47,567 nucleotides of DNA from Gammaproteobacteria bacterium (GTDB lineage: Bacteria; Pseudomonadota; Gammaproteobacteria; UBA4575): assembly GCA_029253965.1 (NCBI GenBank), contig JAQWYM010000059.1, positions 1 through 47,567 of the forward strand, given 5' to 3'. The translations under genes were made by a program, and so were the position numbers. Below are positions 10,922-21,312 of this stretch, one piece after another. Under the pieces are notes generated by a model. The model had not been told where the DNA came from and ran no database searches. It saw only the letters and a program-made list of their open reading frames with translations. Each line of letters begins with the position of its first letter. Positions within the stretch are counted from its first letter, which is position 1.

Positions 10922-12190
10922 ATGAGTAAAGAGCCCATTCAATATCAAGCCAGCTGCATGGATGATTATGACCCATCATCAATGGATGCTGCTGTTGCAC
11001 AAAAGCATATCTTAGACAGTGTGCAAGCTATCGAAGATGTCGAAACTGTGACCATCCGTAATGCCTTAGGTCGTATTCTAGCCAGCCCTATCAGCTCTGA
11101 ACTCGATGTCCCCGGGCATACTAATTCAGCCATGGATGGCTATGCCGTTCGCAGTGATGACCTGCCTAGCGCAGGTACGCAACGCTTAAAAGTGATCGGC
11201 ACAGCCTTTGCAGGGAGGCCATTTACCTCAGCTGTTGCTGAGCAAGAATGTGTGCGCATCATGACAGGTGCAGTAATGCCACTGGGCTCTGACAGTGTAG
11301 TTATGCAAGAACATGTGCAACGTGAAGAGGACGAGATTCTTATTGATGATCAACAACAGGCCGGACAAAACGTCCGCCTTACCGGTGAGGATATTGCAAA
11401 AGGTGATTTTGTTTTTCAGTCTGGGCGTCGACTCAGCCCAGCGGATATAGGCTTACTCGCCTCGCTGGGCATTGCTGAAGTCTGTGTCATTCGCAAGCTG
11501 AAAGTCGCCTTCTTTTCTACCGGTGACGAACTAGTATCGATTGGTCAGCCACTAGCCAGCGGTCAGATCTATGATAGTAATCGCTACACTCTCTGGAGCA
11601 TGCTCAGCGAGCTTAATATTGAAGTCATAGACTTAGGTGTGGTGCGTGATGCCCCTGAATTAGTAGAGCAAGCCTTTAAAGAAGCGGCAGCTAAAGCAGA
11701 TGTCATCCTTACCTCAGGCGGTGTTTCTGTTGGGGAAGCTGATTTTGTTAAAGAAACACTGGCTAGCCTCGGTCAGGTTAACTTCTGGAAAGTAGCGATG
11801 AAACCGGGGCGGCCACTTGCCTTTGGTCAAGTAGAACAAGCCTATTTCTTTGGATTACCCGGTAACCCAGTATCGGTGATGGTGACCTTTTATATTTTCG
11901 TACAGGCAGCAATAGAAAAAATGATGGGTGGCGAGCCACGTCCCCGCATTCGTTTGCAAGCGCGTTGCAAGAATCAATTACGTAAACGTGCAGGTCGAGT
12001 TGAATATCAGCGTGGCGTTTTTGAAGTGGATGCTGATGGTGTTTATAGCGTGAGCAAAACAGGCGCCCAAGGGTCCGGTATATTACGTTCCATGTCGGAT
12101 GCTAATTGCTTTATCTTTCTACCAATGGAGAGTGAAGGCGTTGCTGCTGATGCTATGGTTGAGATTTGGCCGTTTGACTCTTTTCGCTAA
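10922..12190 (+). CDS. moeA: molybdopterin molybdotransferase
   Basis: NSAMDGYAV, RIMTGA, FSTGDEL, IYDSN, TSGGVSVG, MKPGRP, GLPGNPVS, QGSG. Confidence 0.96.
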   Translation: MSKEPIQYQASCMDDYDPSSMDAAVAQKHILDSVQAIEDVETVTIRNALGRILASPISSELDVPGHTNSAMDGYAVRSDDLPSAGTQRLKVIGTAFAGRPFTSAVAEQECVRIMTGAVMPLGSDSVVMQEHVQREEDEILIDDQQQAGQNVRLTGEDIAKGDFVFQSGRRLSPADIGLLASLGIAEVCVIRKLKVAFFSTGDELVSIGQPLASGQIYDSNRYTLWSMLSELNIEVIDLGVVRDAPELVEQAFKEAAAKADVILTSGGVSVGEADFVKETLASLGQVNFWKVAMKPGRPLAFGQVEQAYFFGLPGNPVSVMVTFYIFVQAAIEKMMGGEPRPRIRLQARCKNQLRKRAGRVEYQRGVFEVDADGVYSVSKTGAQGSGILRSMSDANCFIFLPMESEGVAADAMVEIWPFDSFR

Positions 12191-12213
12191 GAGTAGATTT
12201 CAAGCCCAAGCTC

Positions 12214-12960
12214 TTAGCCCTGAGCTTTTAATCGCTGAAGATCTTCTGCGGTATCGATGCCGTGACCACTGTCCTCTTGAGCCACTGCAATAGCAATGGC
12301 ATCACCGGCTTGCAGTGCACGCAGCTGTTCCAAACGTTCGCTGGTTTCTAGGGATGAGGCAGGCTTAGTAACAAAGCTTTGCAGATAGCCAGCACGATAG
12401 GCATACAGCCCAACATGCCGATAAACTGCTAAGCCTGCTAAATTAGTGAGCTGATCAGAGGCTATATGCGGCAAGCCAGACCGGCTAAAATATAAGGCGA
12501 GGTCTTGATCTGTTTTGGTTACCTTGACGACATTTGGATCTTCATAATCACGCAACTCAGAGATAGGCTCACACAGTGTTGAGATCTGAGCATTCGGCAT
12601 ATCCTGCAATAACTGTGCAACCTGCTGAATATTAGCAGAAGGCATTTTGGGCTCATCTCCTTGCAGATTAACGATGATAGTATCATCGTCCCAACCCTGC
12701 ATAGCGGCTGCTTCAGCAATGCGATCAGTACCGGAATGATGTTCAGTAGAAGTCATACAGACTGTCGCACCAAAAGCCTCTGCCACAGTAGCAATACGCG
12801 TATCATCAGTCGCGATTAAGATAGACTGCGGTTGAGCAGCCAAGGCACGCTGGTAAACATGCTCAATCATGCTCGCGCCTTGGAATCTTAGTAAGGGCTT
12901 ACCCGGTAATCGACTCGAGTTAAAGCGTGCGGGAATGACAATATGAAAATCCGCCATCAT
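12214..12960 (-). CDS. kdsB: 3-deoxy-manno-octulosonate cytidylyltransferase
   Basis: IPARFNSSRLPGKPL, SGTDRIAE, VNLQGDEP, ALYFSR, HVGLYAY, ERLEQLRAL. Confidence 0.96.
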   Translation of the reverse strand: MMADFHIVIPARFNSSRLPGKPLLRFQGASMIEHVYQRALAAQPQSILIATDDTRIATVAEAFGATVCMTSTEHHSGTDRIAEAAAMQGWDDDTIIVNLQGDEPKMPSANIQQVAQLLQDMPNAQISTLCEPISELRDYEDPNVVKVTKTDQDLALYFSRSGLPHIASDQLTNLAGLAVYRHVGLYAYRAGYLQSFVTKPASSLETSERLEQLRALQAGDAIAIAVAQEDSGHGIDTAEDLQRLKAQG

Positions 12961-13154
12961 CGTTGCTTCTGATATTCCTCATATTCAGCAGGACTTAACT
13001 CACGTGCCTGATCTTCGATCATTACTGGAATATCATTCTTAACGGCATAGGCCAAGCGTGCGCTGAGTGAGATCAGTTCAGACTTTTCTTTATCAAAAAT
13101 CAAGGGGCCTTTAGTCACAGGACAGGCTAGGATTTCAAGAATTTTAGTATCCAT
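12957..13154 (-). CDS. ycaR: Trm112-family protein YcaR
   Basis: MDTKILEILACPVTKGPL..LAYAVKNDIPVM; overlaps kdsB start. Confidence 0.93.
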   Translation of the reverse strand: MDTKILEILACPVTKGPLIFDKEKSELISLSARLAYAVKNDIPVMIEDQARELSPAEYEEYQKQR

Positions 13155-13218
13155 TTTTTGTCTATAGCATTCGGTTGAAGGTCATCTTAGTGTAGCTCAA
13201 CATGAGGTGACTTGCGCG

Positions 13219-13647
13219 CTATTTAATAGCCTCTAATGGCTTTGTATCAGCAGCAATTGAGATATTCAAAAGACCAACAGCCGCCGCCGCATCTAAAAGC
13301 CACATCAGTGATTGATGACTGCTCTGAGCATCAGCACGTATGACCACGTTAAGATTACCATTTTCAGAACGAAGTGCTTTTAGATGCTCGCGCAAAGCGG
13401 TTGCAGAATGATTTTGAAGTACTTGATTATTGACGGCATAACGCCCTTCTTTATCAATCAACACCTCAATACTAATAAGCCTGTCTTCTTGTTCTAGTGA
13501 ACTCACCTCAGGTAGATCAATGGATAAGGTGGTTTCTTGTTTGAATGTAGTCGTCAGCATAAAGAAAATAAGCAGCAAGAAAACAACATCAATCAGTGGG
13601 GTTAGATTGATCTCGTCATTATCTTCTTCTGCGGCTAAAAATTTCAT
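13219..13647 (-). CDS. exbD: ExbD/TolR biopolymer transport protein
   Basis: INLTPLIDVVFLLLIFFM with the conserved TM Asp; VIRAD. Confidence 0.92.
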   Translation of the reverse strand: MKFLAAEEDNDEINLTPLIDVVFLLLIFFMLTTTFKQETTLSIDLPEVSSLEQEDRLISIEVLIDKEGRYAVNNQVLQNHSATALREHLKALRSENGNLNVVIRADAQSSHQSLMWLLDAAAAVGLLNISIAADTKPLEAIK

Positions 13648-13664
13648 GCTTTATGCCTTCTCTA

Positions 13665-14264
13665 TTAGGGAGCTATACGGTCGATGAGTAATATCGCTTG
13701 AGTTTCCATCTGCAGTACTAAGCCTATAACTTTTCGACGAAAATAACGGACAAAAATAAGGCTGGGTATTGCCACCGAAATACCCGCTGCCGTAGTAATC
13801 AATGCCTTAGCAATGCCGCCAGCTAAAGCTTCCGGTTCACTAACAGTCATCGCACTCATCGCCATGAATACATCAATCATGCCTAGCACTGTGCCAAGCA
13901 AACCCAGCAGTGGCGTTATTACCGCAATGGTTCCTAAGGTGGTCAAAAAAAACTGCAGCTGATGCACGATCTGACGACCAACTTCTTCCAGTCGTTCTCG
14001 CGCAATTGCCTTACTAGCCGTTCGTTGCTGTATGGCTACATTAATCATCGCCGCAAAGACTGAATCATCATCAATGCTAGCAATCTCACTATCAACTGTC
14101 ACTAGATGCTGCTTTAGTACGCTTATTTTCTGCAGCAGTTCTGGCGGCATAATACGATCCTGTCGTAGACTCCAAAAGCGCTCAAATATAATACCCATGG
14201 CAATAACCGAAGACAGTAGGATCGGCCATATCATCCAGCCACCAGATTGAATAATCTCTAACAT
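13665..14264 (-). CDS. exbB: MotA/TolQ/ExbB proton channel protein
   Basis: GGWMIWPI, LGTIAVITPLLGLLGTVLGMI, LAGGIAKALITTAAG. Confidence 0.92.
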   Translation of the reverse strand: MLEIIQSGGWMIWPILLSSVIAMGIIFERFWSLRQDRIMPPELLQKISVLKQHLVTVDSEIASIDDDSVFAAMINVAIQQRTASKAIARERLEEVGRQIVHQLQFFLTTLGTIAVITPLLGLLGTVLGMIDVFMAMSAMTVSEPEALAGGIAKALITTAAGISVAIPSLIFVRYFRRKVIGLVLQMETQAILLIDRIAP

Positions 14265-14285
14265 CTAACCTCATCAGGGGTTCGT

Positions 14286-16631
14286 TTATTTGCAGTGAGC
14301 CAACATCGCTGTCGGCTGCCAATAGCGTCGGCTACGTTCTCGGTAGTTTGCATCTACACTAAGACTGTTAGGCTTCTTACTATCTAAGAGTATGCTTATT
14401 GCACCGGCTTCAGCCGTTGTGATACAAAAAATTCCGAGTTCTTTATAGCGCTCTAGAATAGTAGCATGCGGGAAATCATAGCGGTTATTGTGGCCATAGG
14501 AAAATAAGGCGATCTCTGGCTTAACAGCCTTTAAAAAAGCTGCTGTAGACGAGCTAGCACTACCATGATGTGGCACCTGTAAAATACGACTTCTTAAGGG
14601 CTTTGCTGGATCCCTACGATACCGCCGCAGAAGCTCATATTCAGCACTTTTTTCAATATCGCCAGTCAGTAGTATATGTCCTGCAGGATGATCAATGGAT
14701 AACACGCAGGATCGATCATTATCACTGCCTTGCCAGTCTAAATCAGGATGTAGTATCTGAAAGCGTACCTGCCCCCAACGCCAAGATAAGCCAGAGTAAC
14801 AAAGGGAACGGTTTCTAATATCGTCTTTTGCGAGCTTTTTATCGAGTTGGCTACGCATAACCTCTGCAACCATCTTGCTTTCGACTAAGGCTGCTAAGCC
14901 ACCAACATGATCATTATCATTATGGCTGATAACCACCCGATCGATAACTCTTATACCCTGTTGCAGCAAAAACGGGGCAATTACCGCCTCTCCCATATTG
15001 AATCCTGACTGGTATTTTGCACCACTGTCATACAATAAAACCTTTCTGCCCTGTTCACTCTGCACTTCAACAACGATTGCAGATCCCTGAGCAACATCTA
15101 AGGTCGTTAACCTCAGCTGTCCCGTCTGTAACTTTTGTGGCTGATAAAACCAAGGAGCAAGCAATAGAATTAATGCTAGCAATCGATGTCGACAGGGTAG
15201 CGGAAGAATCTGTAAAAGCAGTCCTATTTCAAAGTAGATCAGTGTTAATAAACTGCTATATCCGAGAAAACTCGCCATCGGTACTGCACTTAATATCTCA
15301 AGAAAGCCGATCAATATTGAGAGACTGGCATCGGTCAAGGTAAACAGATGCTCGTAAAAAGGCAGCGCAAAATACCACAGTAACAGTGCACTAAATAACA
15401 GCGGTAAAACAACAAAGCTAAGCCACGGTATTGCCAGCAGATTTGCCACTGGCGCTAATGCCGAAGCCTGCTCGAAGTAATACAAGCTGATCGGTATCAT
15501 TGCGCTGCTCAATACCACCTGTATATAAATAGCCAAGGCCAGCTTTGATTGCAGCGGTGCTATCCGCAGAATAAGTAAAATAATTAGGACTGCACTGAAC
15601 GACAGGTAGAAGCCAATTTCTAAAAGTAGATACGGTTGAAATAAGAACAGACTAATAAAACTAATAGAAACTACGGTTAGCCCTTCACAACGCCGATTCA
15701 AAGCTAGGAGGCAGGCAGCAACACTCGCCATCATTACTGCACGCTGGGTTGGAATCGAAAAGTTTGCCAGATAAGCATAGCTAAAGATCACAGGAATCAT
15801 CATAAAGGCGGCTAATCGTTGTGCAGCGATTTTGCTGCATAGTCGCGCATTGCAACGCAATAACTGCAGTATTAGAAAGTAACTAAAGGCTGCAATAATG
15901 CTGATATGCAGACCCGATATGGCTAACAGATGGGTTGTTCCAGTACGCCGTAAAGTCTGCCATTGGGCATCGCTTATAGCGTTACGCTGACCAAACACTA
16001 AGGCCTGCATTAACGGCATCTGTGTATAGGGTAATGTCTTAAACTCCTGAAATAACTTTTGCCTGAGCCCGATAACTAGTGGTTTTTGACAGTCGCCCTG
16101 CTGCACAGAGCCAGTCGCCACTATGCCTTGTGAAAATAAATAGCGTTGATAGTCACTACTCCCAGGGTTGGCTAAGCGCCAAGCTTTGCGCAGGCGAAGT
16201 TTTAGTTGGCAGGAGCTGTCTACAATTAACTTCGATGTTGGCTTATACCAACTGACTAATAGTTTATTGCCTGACTTTAACCCGGCATGAGACTGTTCAT
16301 CACTGAGTACGAAGAGAAAACGACTATAGCCCGGTGTGTTAATCTGTACTTGTTGGATAACACCCCGTGCTATATGGCTGCTTTTAGGCCATTCCAAGCC
16401 GGTATCTACGTTAGACGAAAAATGAACCAGTAACAGAGTCCATAGAAAACCAAATAGTAGACAGTACAGCGCCCGAAACTGGGGCAGAAAGAAGCTTGCA
16501 GGTAATAGTGGAATCAGTAAAAAGGTATATTCAATCGGCAACAGCTCTCGGCTGAGCTGAAAAAAACAGCCACCAATGAAAATCAATCCTGCCGTTGTCG
16601 TAATAGTCGTGGGATAATAAGTCACATACAC
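14286..16631 (-). CDS. comEC: competence protein ComEC/Rec2
   Basis: TGTTHLLAISGLH, PTQRA, metallo-beta-lactamase motifs LDVAQG, ISHNDNDHVGG, LLTGDIE, VPHHGS; start codon uncertain. Confidence 0.93.
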   Translation of the reverse strand: MYVTYYPTTITTTAGLIFIGGCFFQLSRELLPIEYTFLLIPLLPASFFLPQFRALYCLLFGFLWTLLLVHFSSNVDTGLEWPKSSHIARGVIQQVQINTPGYSRFLFVLSDEQSHAGLKSGNKLLVSWYKPTSKLIVDSSCQLKLRLRKAWRLANPGSSDYQRYLFSQGIVATGSVQQGDCQKPLVIGLRQKLFQEFKTLPYTQMPLMQALVFGQRNAISDAQWQTLRRTGTTHLLAISGLHISIIAAFSYFLILQLLRCNARLCSKIAAQRLAAFMMIPVIFSYAYLANFSIPTQRAVMMASVAACLLALNRRCEGLTVVSISFISLFLFQPYLLLEIGFYLSFSAVLIILLILRIAPLQSKLALAIYIQVVLSSAMIPISLYYFEQASALAPVANLLAIPWLSFVVLPLLFSALLLWYFALPFYEHLFTLTDASLSILIGFLEILSAVPMASFLGYSSLLTLIYFEIGLLLQILPLPCRHRLLALILLLAPWFYQPQKLQTGQLRLTTLDVAQGSAIVVEVQSEQGRKVLLYDSGAKYQSGFNMGEAVIAPFLLQQGIRVIDRVVISHNDNDHVGGLAALVESKMVAEVMRSQLDKKLAKDDIRNRSLCYSGLSWRWGQVRFQILHPDLDWQGSDNDRSCVLSIDHPAGHILLTGDIEKSAEYELLRRYRRDPAKPLRSRILQVPHHGSASSSTAAFLKAVKPEIALFSYGHNNRYDFPHATILERYKELGIFCITTAEAGAISILLDSKKPNSLSVDANYRERSRRYWQPTAMLAHCK

Positions 16632-16650
16632 CTAACCCAAAAAGACTGCA

Positions 16651-17181
16651 GTGCCAAAAAAAAAATTTCAACAATGGTTAAGTCATTCCGACCAAGGCCG
16701 ATTCAGGAAAGCTGCCAGCTTCTTTGGTGATTTCTCCCATGATCCCAATATATGGCGCATCAATCGACGTTCTGTTGTGCGCGCTATTGCCATAGGCTTG
16801 TTTACTGCTTTTATGCCCATCCCCGTGCAAATGCTTTTAGCAGCAGCGCTGGCTATTGCTTTTGCCGCTTACTTACCGGTAGCCCTTATCTTGGTCTGGA
16901 TTACCAACCCTGTGACCATGCCTGTGTTTTTCTACTGGGCTTATCACTTAGGTGCCTATTTATTAGATATGCCGGCAGAGCCGATTCAAGTTGAGATGAG
17001 CTTTAATTGGCTATTCACACAGCTGTTGCATCGCTGGCAACCCTTTTTGGTTGGCTGTTTGTGTGCGGGTGCATTGGCTGGTGGGATTGGCGCCACTGTG
17101 GTCAATTTATATTGGCGTTACCATGTCTCAAAGGAATGGAAGAAACGCTCACTATTACGTAAGTTTAAGGGCAAAAAATAA
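16651..17181 (+). CDS. DUF2062 membrane protein
   Basis: DPNIWRINRRSV, AFMPIPVQM, VWITNPVTMP; usual position between lolD and comEC. Confidence 0.88.
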   Translation: MPKKKFQQWLSHSDQGRFRKAASFFGDFSHDPNIWRINRRSVVRAIAIGLFTAFMPIPVQMLLAAALAIAFAAYLPVALILVWITNPVTMPVFFYWAYHLGAYLLDMPAEPIQVEMSFNWLFTQLLHRWQPFLVGCLCAGALAGGIGATVVNLYWRYHVSKEWKKRSLLRKFKGKK

Positions 17182-17183
17182 CC

Positions 17184-17885
17184 TTAGCCGATGATCTTGC
17201 CGTCACTCAGAGTAATCACTTGATCCATAGTCTTTGCAAGCTCAACATCATGAGTCACCAAGACAATAGCAGTGCCACATTCCTGCTGTAATTCATCCAT
17301 CAGAATAGCGATCTGCGCTGCACTTTTACGATCGAGGTTACCGGTGGGCTCATCCGCTAACAGTACCTGTGGACGCATCACCATAGCGCGTGCAATCGCC
17401 ACACGTTGACGCTCACCGCCGGATAACTCATTCGGCTTGTGTTTGCCACGCTTAGTAAGCGCAACACGCTGTAGGATATCTGCGGCGCGCACCTTGGCCT
17501 GTCGACAGGAATAGCCACTCATTAGTAAAGGCATGCAAATGTTTTCAATAGCGCTAAATTCAGGCAATAAATGATGAAATTGGTAAACAAAGCCAAGACT
17601 ACGATTCCTCAGTTTGGCAGCCTTTTTTTCACTTAACGAGGCAAAGTCATCCCCCTCAAAAAGCACGCGACCACTGCTGACATCATCTAAGCCACCCATG
17701 ATTTGTAAGAGCGTACTTTTGCCACTACCACTGGCACCAACGATAGCAAGTCGCTGCTTTGGCTGTACCTGAAACGAAATCTCAGACAGTACCTTGACAC
17801 TCAGCGCACCATCATTGAAATGCTTGCTGACGGCTTCAACACTGAGCAGAGGTTGAGCAGTTGTAGTTGTAGTCTCAAGACTCAT
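17184..17885 (-). CDS. lolD: lipoprotein-releasing ABC transporter ATPase
   Basis: GASGSGKSTLL, GFVYQFHHLLPEF, LSGGERQRVAIARA, DEPTGNLD. Confidence 0.95.
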   Translation of the reverse strand: MSLETTTTTAQPLLSVEAVSKHFNDGALSVKVLSEISFQVQPKQRLAIVGASGSGKSTLLQIMGGLDDVSSGRVLFEGDDFASLSEKKAAKLRNRSLGFVYQFHHLLPEFSAIENICMPLLMSGYSCRQAKVRAADILQRVALTKRGKHKPNELSGGERQRVAIARAMVMRPQVLLADEPTGNLDRKSAAQIAILMDELQQECGTAIVLVTHDVELAKTMDQVITLSDGKIIG

Positions 17886-19129
17886 TCATACCTCAGCGCT
17901 GCAGCGGGTTGTATTTTTGCGGCACGTCTTGCGGGGTATAAAGTAGCAATAACCGTTAAGAAAAAAGAAAGTCCAGCAACCAGTAAGACATCGCTGGCAA
18001 GCACTTTTGAAGGGAGATCGCTGATGTAGTAAACACTGGCATCTAAGAACTGGATATGCAGCAGGCTTTCTAAACCGGCGACCACAGCCTGCAAATTAGT
18101 GGCTAATAAGAGACCACCAGAGACACCAACTATTGTGCCGACTAAACCAATCATGCTGCCCTGTATAATGAAAACCCACATCACACTTCTGGGTGAAAAC
18201 CCCATGGTCCTAAGGATAGCAATGTCAGCCTGCTTATCATTGACAACCATAACCAGCATCGAAACGACATTAAAGGCAGCGACCGCGACGATTAAAATCA
18301 TGATGATAAACATCATCGTTTTTTCCATCTTAATCGCACGGAAGAAATTACGGTTACTACGTGTCCAATCGGTGACCCAGTATTTGCCTTCAAATGCTTG
18401 GTTTAAGGTTCTTGCTAGTAATGGCGCTTGAAACAGATCATCGAGCTTCAATCTAATGCCACTCACTTCATCTTTCATTTGAAATAAGCGTTGAGCATCT
18501 GCGATATGAACCACTGCGGTATTACGATCAATTTGATTCATACCGACTTGATAAATACCCGCTACACGTAGACGTTTTAGCTTAGGCATGATGCCAGCTG
18601 GGGTAACCGAGGCCTGCGGTGTAATCAAGGTAATGCGTTGACCAACAGAGACACCCAGATAAGCCGCTAACTCAGCCCCCATAAAAATATTGAATTGCTT
18701 GTCTTCTAAGCTGCTGATATCGCCTTCGACGATAAATTCATCAAGACTGGAAACATTGGCTTCTAGCGTCGGTTCAATGCCACGCAGCATAACTCCGGTA
18801 ACCTGCTTACCTTTAACCAGCATGACCTGACCTTCAACAAACGGTGCATGCTCTATAATTTCATCATGATCTTTTAGGCGTTCAGCAATATTTGGCCAGT
18901 TAGCCAGTGAACCATCTAATTCTAGCAATGTGGCATGTGCTGTCATCTGCAGCATGCGATCTCTGATCTCGCTTTGGAAACCATTCATCACTGAAAGCAC
19001 GGTTATAAGGACAATAATGCCAAGACTGATACCAATCACTGAGCTCATTGAAATAAACGAGATAAAATGATTTCGGCGTTTTGCGCGCAGGTAACGCAGA
19101 CCAATAAAAAGCTCTAGTGGTTTAAACAT
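17882..19129 (-). CDS. lolE: lipoprotein-releasing ABC transporter permease (single LolC/E-type)
   Basis: LFIGLRYLRAKRRNHFISFIS, VLSVMNGF, DIAILRTMG, YPARRAAKIQPAAALRYE; only one permease gene is present here. Confidence 0.9.
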   Translation of the reverse strand: MFKPLELFIGLRYLRAKRRNHFISFISMSSVIGISLGIIVLITVLSVMNGFQSEIRDRMLQMTAHATLLELDGSLANWPNIAERLKDHDEIIEHAPFVEGQVMLVKGKQVTGVMLRGIEPTLEANVSSLDEFIVEGDISSLEDKQFNIFMGAELAAYLGVSVGQRITLITPQASVTPAGIMPKLKRLRVAGIYQVGMNQIDRNTAVVHIADAQRLFQMKDEVSGIRLKLDDLFQAPLLARTLNQAFEGKYWVTDWTRSNRNFFRAIKMEKTMMFIIMILIVAVAAFNVVSMLVMVVNDKQADIAILRTMGFSPRSVMWVFIIQGSMIGLVGTIVGVSGGLLLATNLQAVVAGLESLLHIQFLDASVYYISDLPSKVLASDVLLVAGLSFFLTVIATLYPARRAAKIQPAAALRYE

Positions 19130-19357
19130 GGCTACGGCTTAGTTTCGCTCAAAATTAGAGGCCATAAGCTGCTCACAGCCATAGCGCGATGATATGTGGA
19201 TAAGTGCCATCATAAGAGTCTCCTAGTGTACCGCAGGCGTGATCGCCTAAGCCAGATCTAGATAATAAAATTTTGACCCTCACTCTCTGTTAGTGAGGCT
19301 TGCGTTTCCGCAAATAAGGCTAATAATGCAGGTAATTAAAGTCACTCTGACATCAAG

Positions 19358-20425
19358 ATGCCTGCATACCCAAGCGCTGAATGGGCGCCACAAAAAGCCA
19401 CTGTCGTCGTTTGGCCTCATCTACATTCAGACTGGACTCATTATTTAGTTACGGGCGCAGACAATGCGCTTGAAGAGCATTACCGCAAGCTCTGTGAACA
19501 CATAACGGCGCATCAACAGCTCATTATTATTGCCTATGATAGCGCCCATCAGCAGCATATTCAGCGGCAGTGCCATGCTATAGCCGAAGACAAGCGAGTC
19601 ATTTTCATGATTAAAACCAATGACACTTGGGTGCGTGACTTTGGACCGCAGTATTTTGCTCAGCAGGGTTTGGATTTACAGTTTAATGGCTGGGGTAATC
19701 AATACCCCTGCTCTCTGGATGCCGCCTTTGCTGAAAACCTTCATCGCCAACTACTGACACAGCACGCAATAACGATGGCTGCTCATACTATTCAGCACTT
19801 AAGAGCGACGCAATGGGCACTCGAAGGTGGCAATTTAGAGTTCAATGGCAGTGGCGTGCTGCTCTTTAATTACCGTTGTATTGCAAACAATAACCCAACA
19901 TTAAACTTATCTGTAAAAGAAGTAAGACAACAGCTATGTCAGCAGTTTTCACTAGATCACGCCTTAGCTGTCGATGTGCCAGCGCTCGCTGGTGACGATA
20001 CTGGTGGCCACATTGACACCCTCGCCCGTTTTATTGATGAGAAGCATATTGTCTATGCGAGGACGCATCAAACCAAGCATGTCGATGCTATAGCCTTCGC
20101 TAAACTGGAAGAGGACTTACAAGCATTAGCTGCAGTTCATGGCTTTCAATTGACCGCGGTAGAGGCATCGACAAAGCCACTCTACAATCAAGAGAATCAA
20201 ATTGTAGCGGCTAGTTATCTGAATTTTGCATTTATTAATAACGCCTTATTATTACCCCTATATAATCTGGATAGTGATGCCACAGTGCTAAGACAGTTCC
20301 AGAAACTCCTACCAAAGCATAAGATCATTGGTATTGATGCCACTGCCCTAATCGAACAATTTGGTAGCATTCACTGTGCGACACTACACCTCACAGCAGA
20401 CTTTTTTGAAATGGATAGCAAATGA
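19358..20425 (+). CDS. agmatine deiminase / peptidyl-arginine deiminase family protein
   Basis: AEW, NDTWVRDFGP, FNGWG, LEGGN, DDTGGHIDTLARF, ASYLNF, catalytic Cys in GSIHCAT. Confidence 0.88.
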   Translation: MPAYPSAEWAPQKATVVVWPHLHSDWTHYLVTGADNALEEHYRKLCEHITAHQQLIIIAYDSAHQQHIQRQCHAIAEDKRVIFMIKTNDTWVRDFGPQYFAQQGLDLQFNGWGNQYPCSLDAAFAENLHRQLLTQHAITMAAHTIQHLRATQWALEGGNLEFNGSGVLLFNYRCIANNNPTLNLSVKEVRQQLCQQFSLDHALAVDVPALAGDDTGGHIDTLARFIDEKHIVYARTHQTKHVDAIAFAKLEEDLQALAAVHGFQLTAVEASTKPLYNQENQIVAASYLNFAFINNALLLPLYNLDSDATVLRQFQKLLPKHKIIGIDATALIEQFGSIHCATLHLTADFFEMDSK

Positions 20426-21303
20426 AAATTGGATTTATTCAGCAGGCTAATCAAGCCCAACGCGAGATGAATTTACAACACTCGATAAGTCAAATAGCAA
20501 GGCTTGCTGCAGCGGGTGCAGAATTAATTGTGCTACCCGAATTACACACCTCATTGTATTTTTGCCAACGGCAACAAGCGCAGCACTTTGAGCTTGCCGA
20601 GGCGCTAAAAGGGCCCACTTTTGAGACCTTAGCAGCGACTGCAAAACAGCATCATGTCGTCATACTCGCTTCCATCTTTGAGCGTCGCCACAGTGGTGTC
20701 TATCACAACACCGCCTTAGTCATTGAATCTGACGGCAGTTTGGCGGGGCATTATCGCAAGATGCATATACCGGATGACCCGGGCTATTATGAAAAATACT
20801 ATTTCACACTCGGCGATACTGGTTTTAAACCCATAGAGACCAGCGTTGGTCGTCTCGGCGTCTTAGTCTGTTGGGATCAATGGTTTCCTGAGGCCGCCAG
20901 ACTCATGGCGCTAGCCGGCGCTGAGATTCTCATCTACCCAACAGCTATCGGTTGGGATCCGGCTGATGAGCCAGCTGAAAAGCATCGACAATGTGATGCT
21001 TGGGAGACCATACAGCGTGGCCATGCTATTGCAAATGGTCTGCCACTGATCAGTGTCAACCGTGTCGGTCGCGAGCTAGCCGCCGCTGAGGATGAATCCA
21101 CTGCAATCGACTTTTGGGGAAATAGTTTTGTCTGTGACACCATGGGCCAGGTGTTACTGCGTTGCTCACAAGATAATGAACAGAGTGAAGTGATTAATAT
21201 CAACTTAACTGAGTCGGAGGAAACCCGTCGCATTTGGCCATTTATGCGTGATCGTCGTATTGATGCTTATGGCGCACTGCTGACGCATGGCAAAGAGGAC
21301 TAA
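20422..21303 (+). CDS. carbon-nitrogen hydrolase (N-carbamoylputrescine amidase-like)
   Basis: Glu-Lys-Cys triad: LPELH, YRKMHIPDDPGYYEKYYF, VLVCWDQWFPEAAR; coupled to the deiminase gene. Confidence 0.9.
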   Translation: MKIGFIQQANQAQREMNLQHSISQIARLAAAGAELIVLPELHTSLYFCQRQQAQHFELAEALKGPTFETLAATAKQHHVVILASIFERRHSGVYHNTALVIESDGSLAGHYRKMHIPDDPGYYEKYYFTLGDTGFKPIETSVGRLGVLVCWDQWFPEAARLMALAGAEILIYPTAIGWDPADEPAEKHRQCDAWETIQRGHAIANGLPLISVNRVGRELAAAEDESTAIDFWGNSFVCDTMGQVLLRCSQDNEQSEVININLTESEETRRIWPFMRDRRIDAYGALLTHGKED

Positions 21304-21312
21304 GCGCCTGAA

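Noticed and set aside
16632-16650. Only 19 bp between divergent comEC and DUF2062 starts
   Set aside because: The comEC start is uncertain and may lie further downstream; the arrangement is common in gammaproteobacteria
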